Shown in pieces: positions 1 to 11,889 of a stretch of DNA of 64,000 nucleotides. Both the position numbers and the translations under genes were made by a program. Source of the stretch: Laetmonice hystrix (taxonomy: Eukaryota); the NCBI GenBank assembly GCA_965235115.1, contig OZ249436.1:3226001-3290000 (forward strand), given 5' to 3'. The notes under the pieces were generated by a model. It worked only from the letters and a program-made list of their open reading frames with translations. It did not search any database and was not told the DNA's origin. The first letter of the stretch is position 1. Every line of letters starts with the position of its first letter.

Positions 1-26
1 CGGAGGAAGTTCTTACGTGTGAACAG
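1..26 (+). CDS. ZSWIM8: ZSWIM8 exon, 3' end only (EEVLTCEQ)
   Basis: CAG|gtaagg donor; phase 0 join to ILMWWF matches the ZSWIM8 segment as I recall it (LTxEQIxxWW). Confidence 0.8.
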
Positions 27-3000
27 GTAAGGGGTATCGTGTTTCTTACGGAATCGTGGAGATCGCTCACATTTCTCAAGTTCTTACGTGTGAACAGGTA
101 GGGGTATCGTGTTTCTTACGGAATCGTGGAGATCGCTCACATTTCTCAAGTTCTTACGTGTGAACAGGTAGGGGTATCGTGTTTCTTACGGAATCGTGGA
201 GATCGCTCACATTTCTCAAGTTCTTACGTGTGAACAGGTAGGGGTATCGTGTTTCTTACGGAATCGTGGAGATCGCTCACATTTCTCAAGTTCTTACGTG
301 TGAACAGGTAGGGGTATCGTGTTTCTTACGGAATCGTGGAGATCACTCAGGTTTCTCAAGTCATATTGTCATCATTCACATTGTCTTATGCCCAATTTCC
401 ACCGGATGCAAGCGAGCGATTTGCGACACCCACTCGCTCTCGCGTCCAGTGGAAATCGGGCATAAGTCGTGAATGATGACAACATTCCTATTTGGTCAAT
501 GGAAATGATGGAAGAAAAGTGAATGGATGCATGGAAATATATTCATAAAAAAAGAAAGATTGTTTTTGTAATAAGTCTTCCTTTCTACAGATTATGGTTG
601 ATATTTCTTTGGCAGATCCTCATGTGGTGGTTCAACACCAAGATCTCAGCATCCCACAACAGTGCCAACAACCACGGTAACCGAGGCAACCAGAACAGTA
701 GCTCCTCATCCCAACACGCTGCCTCCAGTATGTGTGATGAAATCGTCACATTATGGAGACTGGCCGCATTAAATCCAGGATTGTCCCCAATCCAGCGAGA
801 CGACTTGTGCACCCAGTTGAAAGACTGGCACATTAAAACAATAGACAAAGTACGGAAAGCCCGGGGTAATGTCTCGGCAGGAAATTCTGGTATAAAAAAG
901 ACAGACATTGAAATCTTTACCGGTTTCAAGGCAGCCATAGAGGGGACACAGTTAGACTGGAAGGATTATCCCATTCCAGGGTTAACGTACATGGAGCGGG
1001 ATCGACCCCGCTGGAAGTTTTCATTTGGCAAGTCCCAGGAGGTAGACTGCCGGAGAGGGGGGAGGGGGAAATGCCATGCTATGTCAACTGTATCTGGGAG
1101 TACGGCTATACATAATGGTGTACAAAAACTAGGTTTGGAGGCAGCCTTGGCACACGCTCAGGCTCACCTTCATGCTCACAATGCTGCGTATGCCCACAAA
1201 CATCATCCTCCCTTACAAACAGGGCCGTCACAGGAATCTAACACGTCTGATCTAGAGCCGGGATCAGCTCAGACAGACGGAGCCTGTAGTTCCAGCTCCG
1301 AGGGATTCTGTGAGAATGAGAAGGATGGCTCACACCAACATGACTCGGACTCAGATCTCGGCGAGGGCAGTATGCACTGCCACAAACTCGCGCTTCCGCC
1401 ACCAGGTGGCGCAGTTGGTGGTGTCAAAAGTAAGAAAGATCACAGCCGTGCCGGGCCTTTACCTCCCGGCCCAGTGTCGGTGGCGCCATCTACCTCTAAA
1501 TCAGAGGAATCATGTGCATCCATGTCATCAACAAAGGGTGCCGGGAAGGTACGAGATCCTCTGCTTGACGCTGCAACTCTGAAAACAGACGACCAGGATT
1601 CAGACAGCTCCCTGCCTGGTACGTACCAGGCCAGCTCCAGTAAAGGCTCACCCAATCAGGCTGGAGCAGCGGCTGCTGCTGCGGGCCTAGCAAAGGGTGA
1701 TCAGTCGGAGTCCCAACAGTCCAGTGATGAGTACCAAGTATACTTCTATGATACCAAGGCTAAGGTTTCCGACTCAGGTGCAGATAAGAAGAAAAAATCT
1801 GATGAGCCAAACTATTTTGCTGGTATCAAGAAATTGGAAAACAAGCAAGATGTAAGACTTTTAATATCTTTGTGTTCGTAGAAAATAAACCTTATTTGAT
1901 CATGTACAATACCTATTCAGAAGTTATTTTAAAAAGACACAGAAAGGGTTTAAAAATCTTATACATGTATATGCTAAGTTCTAAAATGATTTTCTTATTA
2001 GTAGATGAAATGTTCATTGAGATTCTCTGAGGCCTTCTTAACTTGTAAAACTGACGTGAATGTTTCCAGATTCTGTTTGCGCGTGCTGAAGGACTGCACG
2101 CCCATGGACACACTAAGGAAGCATGTCGCCTGGCCAAGCAGCTCGCGGAGGAGATGTTAAGTAACCCCCCTGAACTGACACAGGAGCAGCCCCAACAGGC
2201 TGCCAAGGGTAAGTACCCAGGGGTCAAAGGTGAAGGGTAGGATGCCCAACACGTTGTATTAGAAGGAAGGTTAAACACAATAATCTACACAAAGTATTGA
2301 AAAACACTTCTATCTCATATATGACCATCTTCTTGTTAGCTAGTATATCAGAGATTAGCCTATATTAGGTATAAATATCATCACTTTTCAGTCACTAATG
2401 ACCCCCCAAAAAATATTAAAGGCAATAATGTTTTAATTTAATGCACTTTTGCTCCCAAAATTTCACAAGGAAACTATTTACAGCATTCCATAGTTAATGT
2501 GTTTTGAAAATGTGTTTTGAAAATGTCAGTTTAAGAATTTTATGTCTTAACTTTAAGTTTATCATAAGTTATCAGTTTCATTATTTCTGACGTGTCTTCC
2601 CCACCCAACTGCCATATTACTAAACGCTAAGAGAGACATCTCTCTCACTGCAGGGAAGAAAAAGAAAGCCCAGAACAACATCTCGTCGTTTGCGAGTACA
2701 ACTCTGGCCAAGGCAGCCTTCCTGTGCTCGGTGCTACTGGAGGCTCCAGAGTGCCATCACCTGGCCTTTAAGGTGGGAATGTTTGGTCTAGAGATGCCCC
2801 GACCTCCTGCCTCGAGCAAGGCTCTAGAGGTGAGTCAAAGATTCGCCACAAATGCACCGGTAAGTCCCAAAATGTCTAATTCTCCAAAAATTCTTATCAT
2901 CATATTAGTTTCTAATGAGTACCTTAATTTTTAGTAATACTAAAAACGTTAGTGTAAGTTTTGTTTGTATAGTAATTTGAAGCAATTCTTTATAAATAAT

Positions 3001-6000
3001 TCTTATATAAGGAACTTTATGATGTTTCTATTCTGAACTAGTCTTGTGATAGTGCTAAGGCAAGAGTACAAAAATAGAAAGAAAATGATGAATAATTTCA
3101 AAACATGTGAAGCTCCTCACGTTGGAACATTATAGACAGACCTGTAGGATAATTCAGATATAAAAATATGTTAATGTGATATGTGAATGATTACAAAAAG
3201 CGACTCGTCATGTTGTTGCAGGTCAAACTTGCCCATCAAGAGTCCGAGCTGGCTGCACTCCTCAAGAGAATCCCTCTAGGTCTCGCCGAGCTCAACGTTA
3301 TACGGGACAGGGCGGAGCAGCTCCGCAGTGGCAAGTTAAAGTCTCGGGGTGAAGCACTACTGCCTCTGACATTGGCCAGTTTTATATTTGACTCTCTTTG
3401 TTTACCAAGTGAGTATACTTTTCTATGTAACAAGAAATAATTATGCTAAAAATATTACAACTTGGAGTGAAGCAGATCTCCTTACATTATGAAACATACA
3501 CATCTGTATAAGATCTTACATTATGAAACATACAAGTCTGTATAAGATCTTACATTATGAAACATACACATCTGTATAAGATCTTACATTATGAAACATA
3601 CAAGTCTGTATAAGATCTTACATTATGAAACATACAAGTCTGTATAAGATCTTACTTTATGAAACATACAAGTCTGTATAAGATCTTACATTATGAAACA
3701 TACAAGTCTGTATAAGATCTTACTTTATGAAACATGCAAGTCTGTATAAGATCTTACATTATGAAACATACAAGTCTGTATAAGATATCATCAAGAATAT
3801 AAGTGAGCAGTTTATTTGGGTATTTGCAGGACATGCAATATATTATAAAAAGTTATAAGTTAAATCAATTTGGTATTGTTTCAGTTATGCCCATCAATGG
3901 ACAGAATACACGATCCTCGAGTCGTTCCCCGCCGGTCGCTACCCGGGTAGCAGCTGATGAAAAACTTGGCTTTGAAGCTGCTGTAGCTGCTTTGGGTAAG
4001 AATAACTGATCCCTTAATGAAATATCGTGATAACATCTCATTATACGTCAACTCGTGCTAGTCACGTGTTAATGTTAACTTAGAAATTGTAAGTTAGTCT
4101 GACGAAGGTAGAGTTGACATCAACTCGTGCTAGTCACATGTTAATGTTAACTTAGAAACTGTAAGTTAGTCTGACGAAGGTAGAGTTGACATCAACTCGT
4201 GCTAGTCACGTGTCAATGTTAACTTAGAAATTGTAAGTTAGTCTGACGAAGGTAGAGTTGACATCAACTCGTGCTAGTCACGTGTCAATGTTAACTTAGA
4301 AATTGTAAGTTAGTCTGACGAAGGTAGAGTTGACATCAACTCGTGCTAGTCACATGTTAATGTTAACTTAGAAACTGTAAGTTAGTCTGACGAAGGTAGA
4401 GTTGACATCAACTCGTCCTAGTCGCGTGTTAATGTTAACTTAGAAACTGTAAGTTAGTCTGACGAAGGTAGAGTTAAACTGAAAGGTTGACTTTCATGTA
4501 GTTATGAAATGATTTGACCATCCAGGACTGAAGGCGAACGTGTCTGAGGCCGAACATCCACTGCTGTGTGAGGGGACTCGACGACAGCGAGGTGACCTGG
4601 CCATCACAATGTTAGTCTATTACAAGGACGACCAGGTCAAACTGAGCAAGGTACAACTGAACTCGTCTTCAAACACCAGTCATTCACTGCCACCAGTCAA
4701 TATCTAGACACATGTAGACCTTTTTTTATATGTTTTAAAACTAGTTTAGTCTTCAGTTTGTAAGGGACTGAATGTAACTACATCAGTTTAGACATTGATT
4801 CCCAGTAAAACACTCAGGTTTGAAATGTGTTTCTTTCTTAGATAATGGACAAGTTATTAGACAAAGCAATCCACCAGCTCTACAAGGCTCCATCCCTCAC
4901 CACCTACCTCTCAGCCAGTCAGACTGCCTCGGCTAAACTCGCAGCGAGTCGGCAACAGATGTCGCAACGACCACCTGTCAGTACAGCTGCAGCCGGCGGT
5001 GACGGTGGCGCACCCCAGCGGCAGGACCAGAACAAGGCCCCAAACTCTGGATTTGAAAGTGACGACAGCATGGGTACCAAGGATGACGGCAGCAGGGGTG
5101 CGTCATCAGTTGCTACGGTAACAACAAGTGCTGGTGACACTCATGTTTCCACGGCAGCAGTGGAATCTTCTCCGACATGGCAGGAACCTCTGGAGGAAGT
5201 GACGGAGAGCGGGACCCATAGTCTGGACTACCTAAACCTGGAGCAAAACTTCTCGTCGATGAGTCTCCAGGCCGGAGGAGGCGCTCGACCCAAGACAAGA
5301 TTATTAAATAGGTACAGCAGGTGGGTAGGGGGAGGGTCGAGCCGTGCTATATGTCACTTCACAGGCCAGCCGCGATAAGTAAATGGTAGAAAATAGTGTT
5401 TGGATTGTGAGGTATACGGATTAAAGAAGCACCGGTTAACGAGGTCTGACTGTACATATATGTAAATTGTAATTAGTTTAGCTGCCACGTTTAACAGCTC
5501 ACCCTGAATTATTTTTTCAGTGATTATCTTTGTGTGTTACAGTAAAGACACACACAGCTCACCCTGAATTATTTTTTCAGTGATTATCTTTGTGTGTTAC
5601 AGTAAAGACACACACAGCTCACCCTGAATTATTTTTTCAGTGATTATCTTTGTATGTTACAGTAAAGACACAGACAGCTCACCCTGAATTATTTTTTCAG
5701 TGATTATCTTTGTGTGTTACAGTAAAGACACAGACAGCTCACCCTGAATTATTTTTTCAGTGATTATCTTTGTGTGTTACAGTAAAGACACAGACAGCTC
5801 ACCCTGAATTATTTTTTCAGTGATTATCTTTGTGTGTTACAGTAAAGACACAGACAGCTCACCCTGAATTATTTTTTCAGTGATTATCTTTGTGTGTTAC
5901 AGTAAAGACACAGACAGCTCACCCTGAATTATTTTTTCAGTGATTATCTTTGTGTGTTACAGTAAAGACACAGACAGCTCACCCTGAATTATTTTTTCAG

Positions 6001-9000
6001 TGATTATCTTTGTGTGTTACAGTAAAGACACACACAGCTCACCCTGAATTATTTTTTCAATGATTATCTTTGTGTGTTACAGTAAAGACACAGACAGCTC
6101 ACCCTGAATTATTTTTTCAATGATTATCTTTGTGTGTTACAGTAAAGACACAGACAGTTCAGCCCTGGAGGAGGAGGGAGACCCAACCGACTACAAAGCC
6201 TGGGAGGCCAAATTCAGATGTGCTAATCTCAAGTCCAACAAAAAACACTCAGTTGGTGTGTATTGTGGTAATTATTTTTTGTTGTTGTTAATTAGAGTTT
6301 ATTTCATTATTTCACCGTAATATCATCTCTACGGAAAACAAAAAAAAAAACAATTGTGGTTTTGCAAAATTATGGGAAAGAGTCTGAAGCATAGAAGCTT
6401 ATATGACCATTACATTCTTAACATCCTCTAACAAACTGGCTTGATCATAGATATTTGATCAGCTTGCACATACCTGCCAACTCTTCCAATCGGAAAGTTT
6501 TGATTTCTGCTATAGAAAGAAAGGAAATCTTTTATGTGGTTTGTTACATGTGCTTTTCTTAATACCGTACTTTTATAACATATTATACCATAATATTATA
6601 TATTGTAAATATAACAATTTCAACTTCGAAGGCTGGCAATAGCCCTTCCAATATTAAACCCATAGAAATTTGTCACAAAAGTTCCTGACATGCCATTCAT
6701 CCACAGGCATGGCAGCTATCGACAGCAGTGCCCCAGAAACCACATCGAGTGACAACTCGCCCACATTAATCCGGCGTAACTGGGCCAAACACCAGGGACC
6801 TGGCAGTGACAGCGGCAGCTCGGGCAAGAGCTCCGACTCTCTCGGCTCATCAAGTTCCGGAGATAAAGGAGTGGCAGCCAAGTGCAGGGATAACGAAAGG
6901 TTAGTGCTTGTGTTGTTAACAGAATAAAATATCTCATACATTCTTCTCAGAGAAAATGGTGAAACCGTAAAGATTTACTTGTCAGCATTAGTTTCTGGTG
7001 ACGAAAGATAACCAAACAAGTGGAAACGTGACGGGAGATGTGATTCTCTAAATCTCTAGATGGCAGTAGCAGTGCGTGTCCTCCAAGGCTGTTCACCAGA
7101 GTTTTCTAAGTTATAGCTGTGGCCGTAACTGTTACGGTTAGACATTTATATGGGCAAGAATCTGACCAGAACATAGGTATTAGTTTAATATCCCATGCAG
7201 TAGAAACTTCAGTTGAAGTCATGAAACAAAACTCAACTTGATCTTTCAGTCCACCTTGTGTATACGGGGCTGCACGTTTTGCACCCCACCTGGTGGTCGA
7301 CTCAAGAAGCTCGACACCTAATATCAAAGGTCCAAGGTACGTTGTTAATGTGACTGTTTGGCGTATTGTAGGTAATAAATACAGCTGGGGGAAGGGGAAT
7401 ATAAACTTATCAGAGAAACTTAGAATCTGCAAATTACATTCAATGAATCTATTTCATTTTAGAGATTTCAGTTTCTAACACACTTCAGTTGTAAAACTAA
7501 AACACTAAATTTTTCTCATTTCTGTTTTTCTACAGATACAAGGGTAAAAATCGAATAATGCCAACTGTACCCAACATGCCAAGCGAGGCTTCAGCCCACT
7601 TCATGTTTGAGCTGGCCAAGACGTTGCTAAACAAAGCAGGAGGAAACAGTTCAACATCATTGTTCACCCAGCCTGCTGCCAACACCACACACAACGGTCC
7701 GCACCGTAACCTACACCTGTGCGCCTTCCAGGTCGGACTGTACGCTCTCGGACTCCACAACTGTGTCAGTCCCAACTGGCTGTCACGGACCTACAGCTCA
7801 CATGTATCGTGGATTACAGGTTTGTGGACAGTGACTGATAGTATGATCTTAAAACTTGTTCTCACCACAAATTACTTACAGCGTAGTGGCGAAAGACCAC
7901 CAGAAAAATAGGAGGGGGGTTGAGGGGCCACTAAGGCCACCGACCGGGTCCAGGCGCAGATCCCTGGTGAGCAAGGTTTGATAAATTAGAGAGTAAACCG
8001 TCGACATTTTACCAGTATGCCAGCGAGTTCTGTTGTATTTAAAAAGATATTACTGCTTTTACAAACTGGATAACTCAGTAGTTGTTGCCTGAAGTGTACT
8101 TGTTGACATAAAAAGAATGCTCAGGTTACAAGAGTTTTGTTTGGAAGAACTGTTCCACCCTGTGTTAAAAACACTGATTTTACCATTTCAGGCCAGGCGA
8201 TGGAGATTGGTAGTGCAGCCATCAATAATCTCATCGATACATGGGAGGGACACCTGACCCCGCCAGAGGTCGCCTCGTTAGCTGACCGCGCCTCACGAGG
8301 GCGTGATCCTAACATGGTGCGTGCAGCGGCTGAGTTAGCCTTATCATGTCTGCCACATGCTCACGCTCTCAACCCAAACGAAATCCAGCGAGCTTTGATC
8401 CAGTGTAAGGAGCAGAGCCGGGAGATGTTAGAGCGAGCCTGTCTGGCTGTGGAGAGTGCCGCCAAGGGTGGCGGAGTTTATCCTGAGGTGTTGTTTGACG
8501 TCGCCAAGAGGTGGTATGAGTTATACGAGGAGGCCATGCTCGGTCATGCAGCGCCGTCTAGTGCTGCGATGGCTGCGGTGGTGACCCAGGCGCAGGCAAT
8601 GCCTCCAGCGCTGGTCCCTGTCAATCTGGGCGCGGCTCAGCAACTGGTTGTAGAAAACAACAACAGTCCGCCTGTGATGCAGCTGGTACCGTGCCAGCAG
8701 ATCGGAGGCTCCTCCGCAGCAGCTGCTGTAGCAGTGACTGTCGGCCAGCAGGGGCAAGTCCAAGCACAGCAGGTAACAGCTGCTGCAGTTCCTGTTCCAC
8801 AGATGCAGTACAACTTGCCACCGCCCCCTGGTGCCCATCAGATCGCTCACCATCAGTACATCACGCCGTACTCGTACGTTCAGCAGGTCCCAGCCAACTT
8901 TGGGCATCACTACTCCCAGCCCCACATCCCCTTACAAACTCATTCCATACATCCCTCATACCTCGCCACTTACCCCTACCAAAATCAAACTGCATTCAGT

Positions 9001-11889
9001 AATGTCCAACATCTTCAGAACATGCATGCTAACGCAGCAACATTGTATCATGCCAATGTGTCACACCTGCGCCCACCACCCCCGACCGCCGTCCAAGTAG
9101 CTTACACCACCCAAGCATCGCCCCTCGCAGCCATACAAAACAGACCGCAGCATGCAGCGCATCTTCAAAACAAATTTAACCAAGTACAGATTGACGCTGT
9201 TACTGCACCGACAACACAGGTCATCGTAATGACAACACAAGCTAGCCTGAACGCTGGGGCCCCACAGCCACAGCAGTTGGAGAACCTGCCGGCTCAAAAC
9301 TCTGCCCAGATGAACTATCTGCTGTCTGCATACCGGGTTGGCATGCTTGCTATGGAAACGCTGGCTCGTCGTGTCCACGACGACAGACCACAGACAAAGT
9401 ACGCTCGCAATCCTCCTTATGGTGAAGATGTGAAGTGGCTTCTGAGTATTGCAATGAAACTTGGTAAGTTTTATAACCCTTCAAATAATAAACTTGGTAA
9501 GTTTTATAACCCTTCAAATAGTAAACGTGGTAAGTTTTATAACCCTTCAAAACTTGGTAAGTTTTATAACCCTTCAAATAATAAACTTGGTAAGTTTTAT
9601 AACCCTTCAAATAGTAAACTTGGTAAGTTTTATAACCCTTTAAATAGTAAACTTGGTAAGTTTTATAACCCTTCAAATAGTAAACTTGGTAAGTTTTATA
9701 ACCCTTCAAATAGTAAACTTGGTAAGTTTTATAACCCTTCAAATAGTAAACTTGGTAAGTTTTATAACCCTTCAAATAGTAAACTTGGCAAGTTTTATAA
9801 CCCTTCAAATAGTAAACTTGGTAAGTTTTATAACCCTTCAAATAGTAAACTTGGTAAGTTTTATAACCCTTCAAATAGTAAACTTGGTAAGTTTTATAAC
9901 CCTTCAAATAGTCAACTTGCACTGTGAATGGTCAGTATTGATTTGGGAGTCTTCTATGTGAGTGCATCTTGAAGGGATCCACATGCTCTTGTACAGTCCC
10001 AAATAGATATTACAGATTGTTGGAGCCATGACTTTCTTTTAAAACCAGGAACAAGCTACTTGCAGCAGTTCTGTGCGAGTGCAGTGAACGCGGTGGTGAG
10101 CCCGTTCGTACTACAGGACATCGCTCTCGAGTCGGCACACTATCTGGCTCGTAACAATCCAACACAGATGTCAAATCAGCTGCGCTCACCCACGCTCAAC
10201 TCTCTTGTACAGAAGTGCTTGCAGATGTAAGTTTACTAAGTTTCCAGTTTCGTGTAGATTGTGCCTTGAACTATTACCGGTAATTAGTGGTTCTGAATCT
10301 AATTGATTGTTGTAATTGTAAACTGCAGATGGTTATTTCATGGTTATCATTTAGTTGGTTTATTTATGGGGCATCAGCTAAATGACAACCTATCAATTAA
10401 ATCACTGCTTGTCAACTGTTTGATTAATTCCCTGTCAGATATTAATATATTTATTGCCCCTTAACAAACACTTTGACATGAAACACTCTTGTTGCCTACA
10501 TTTGAGGCATAATGACACGAAACACTGTTTTAACCTACATTTGAGGCTTATGACATGAAACATGACAAAAGCTGCCAAACAACTCTCCCTGGGGAAAATA
10601 GATAATATCTATGAAAATAAAAAATATCTATGAAAATGGATGTAGGTTTTAACCTACATTTGAGGTTTATGACCCGAAAACACTGTTTTAACCTACATTT
10701 GAGGTTTATGACATGAAAACACTGTTTTAACCTACATTTGAGGTTTATGACATGAAAACACTGTTTTAACCTACATTTGAGGTTTATGACATGAAAACAC
10801 TGTTTTAACCTACATTTGAGGTTTATGACATGAAAACACTGTTTCAACCTACATTTGAGGTTTATGACCTGAAAACACTGTTTTAACCTACATTTGAGGT
10901 TTATGACCTGAAAACACTGTTTCAACCTACATTTGAGGTTTATGACCTGAAAACACTGTTTTAACCTACATTTGAGGTTTATGACCTGAAAACACTTGTT
11001 TTAACCTACATTTGAGGTTTATGACATGAAAACACTTGTTTTAACCTACATTTGAGGTTTATGACATGAAAACACTGTTTTAACCTACATTTGAGGTTTA
11101 TGACCTGAAAACACTGTTTTAACCTACATTTGAGGTTTATGACCTGAAAACACTTGTTTTAACCTACATTTGAGGTTTATGACATGAAAACACTTGTTTT
11201 AACCTACATTTGAGGTTTATGACATGAAAACACTTGTTTTAACCTACATTTGAGGTTTATGACATGAAAACACTTGTTTTAACCTACATTTGAGGTTTAT
11301 GACATGAAAACACTGTTTTAACCTACATTTGAGGTTTATGACATGAAAACACTGTTTCAACCTACATTTAAGGTTTATGACATGAAAACACTGTTTTAAC
11401 CTACATTTGAGGTTTATGACATGAAAACACTGTTTCAACCTACATTTGAGGTTTATGACATGAAAACACTGTTTTAACCTACATTTGAGGTTTATGACCT
11501 GAAAACACTGTTTTAACCTACATTTGAGGCTTATGACATGAAAACACTGTTTTAACCTACATTTAAGGTTTATGACATGAAAACACTTGTTTTAACCTAC
11601 ATTTGAGGTTTATGACATGAAAACACTGTTTCAACCTACATTTGAGGTTTATGACCTATTTTCCACCACCAGGTTCATCCAGTGCACACATCAGAGGATC
11701 CACCACATCACCCAGGCGGAGTACGATGAGTTTGTAGGAATTGTATGCAGCGCTCGCAATGCGTTCTGCATGACGCCCGGAGGTATGGTGCAGTTCAACG
11801 AACTCCTCCAGAGCCTGCGGAGGTCTAAGTCGTGTAAGAAGGAGCTCTGGCAGCGAATCGTCAATGCCCTCGCCACGGGGAACATTTGA
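1..11889 (+). CDS. ZSWIM8: Zinc finger SWIM domain-containing protein 8 orthologue (EBAX-1/Dora), spliced, 5'-partial; 15 exons in window
   Basis: Exons 1-26, 616-1851, 2070-2208, 2654-2829, 3222-3408, 3885-3995, 4526-4650, 4842-5320, 6143-6255, 6707-6899, 7250-7336, 7536-7819, 8192-9463, 10049-10226, 11673-11889 join by GT-AG in one open frame. Recognised ZSWIM8 motifs: SMCDEIVTLWRLA, HPLLCEGTRRQRGDLA, MAAIDSSAPETTSSDNSPT, PSEASAHFMFELAK, NWLSRTYSSHVSWITGQ, YRVGMLAMETLARR. Confidence 0.95.
7..361. repeat. 70-bp tandem array, 5 copies, spanning a ZSWIM8 donor
   Basis: unit aagttcttacgtgtgaacag|gtaggggtatcg...tttctc. Confidence 0.95.
616..1851 (+). CDS. ZSWIM8: ZSWIM8 exon (ILMWWFNTK...LENKQD)
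   Basis: ttggcag|ATC acceptor, GAT|gtaaga donor; inside ORF 523..1881. Confidence 0.92.
2070..2208 (+). CDS. ZSWIM8: ZSWIM8 exon (ILFARAEGLHAHGH...)
   Basis: tttccag|ATT, AGG|gtaagt. Confidence 0.92.
2654..2829 (+). CDS. ZSWIM8: ZSWIM8 exon (...GLEMPRPPASSKALE)
   Basis: ctgcag|GG, GAG|gtgagt. Confidence 0.92.
3222..3408 (+). CDS. ZSWIM8: ZSWIM8 exon (VKLAHQESE...LCLP)
   Basis: ttgcag|GTC, CAA|gtgagt. Confidence 0.92.
3475..3786. repeat. 34-bp tandem array, about 9 copies, mid-intron
   Basis: unit agatcttacattatgaaacatacaagtctgtata. Confidence 0.95.
3885..3995 (+). CDS. ZSWIM8: ZSWIM8 exon (...DEKLGFEAAVAALG)
   Basis: tttcag|TT, TGG|gtaaga. Confidence 0.9.
4048..4475. repeat. 72-bp tandem array, about 6 copies, mid-intron
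   Basis: unit tcaactcgtgctagtcac...gtagagttgaca. Confidence 0.95.
4526..4650 (+). CDS. ZSWIM8: ZSWIM8 exon (LKANVSEAEHPLLCEGTRRQRGDLA...)
   Basis: atccag|GA, AAG|gtacaa. Confidence 0.92.
4842..5320 (+). CDS. ZSWIM8: ZSWIM8 exon (IMDKLLDK..., low complexity)
   Basis: tcttag|ATA; donor CAG|gtgggt (a same-phase alternative donor after 5311 is possible). Confidence 0.85.
5494..6161. repeat. 60-bp tandem array, 11 copies, spanning a ZSWIM8 acceptor
   Basis: unit acagctcaccctgaatt...gtgttacag|taaagacacag. Confidence 0.97.
6143..6255 (+). CDS. ZSWIM8: ZSWIM8 exon (KDTDSSALEEE...WEAKFRC...HSV)
   Basis: acceptor is the last copy of the 60-bp array; TTG|gtgtgt; phases fit neighbours. Confidence 0.85.
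6707..6899 (+). CDS. ZSWIM8: ZSWIM8 exon (MAAIDSSAPETTSSDNSPT...)
   Basis: ccacag|GC, AAG|gttagt. Confidence 0.9.
7250..7336 (+). CDS. ZSWIM8: ZSWIM8 small symmetric exon (PPCVYGAARF...KGP)
   Basis: ctttcag|T, AAG|gtacgt; 87 bp, phase 2-2, open. Confidence 0.7.
7536..7819 (+). CDS. ZSWIM8: ZSWIM8 exon (...PSEASAHFMFELAK...SHVSWIT)
   Basis: ctacag|A, CAG|gtttgt. Confidence 0.93.
8192..9463 (+). CDS. ZSWIM8: ZSWIM8 exon (QAMEIG...Q/P/A-rich region...WLLSIAMKL)
   Basis: tttcag|GC; donor TTG|gtaagt is the first copy of the 33-bp array. Confidence 0.92.
9457..9919. repeat. 33-bp tandem array, 14 copies, spanning a ZSWIM8 donor
   Basis: unit aaacttg|gtaagttttataacccttcaaatagt. Confidence 0.97.
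10049..10226 (+). CDS. ZSWIM8: ZSWIM8 exon (TSYLQQFC...LVQKCLQ)
   Basis: aaccag|GA, GAT|gtaagt. Confidence 0.9.
10475..11657. repeat. 39/40-bp tandem array, about 27 copies, ending 15 nt before the last ZSWIM8 acceptor
   Basis: unit ttttaacctacatttgaggtttatgacatgaaaacactg; interrupted near 10565-10645. Confidence 0.95.
11673..11889 (+). CDS. ZSWIM8: ZSWIM8 last coding exon (FIQCTHQRIHHI...GNI*)
   Basis: caccag|G; ends at TGA; matches the ZSWIM8 C-terminus. Confidence 0.92.

Noticed and set aside
523..615. ATG at 523 as the ZSWIM8 start
   Set aside because: Intronic; homology starts at acceptor 616 and continues into the upstream exon 1-26.
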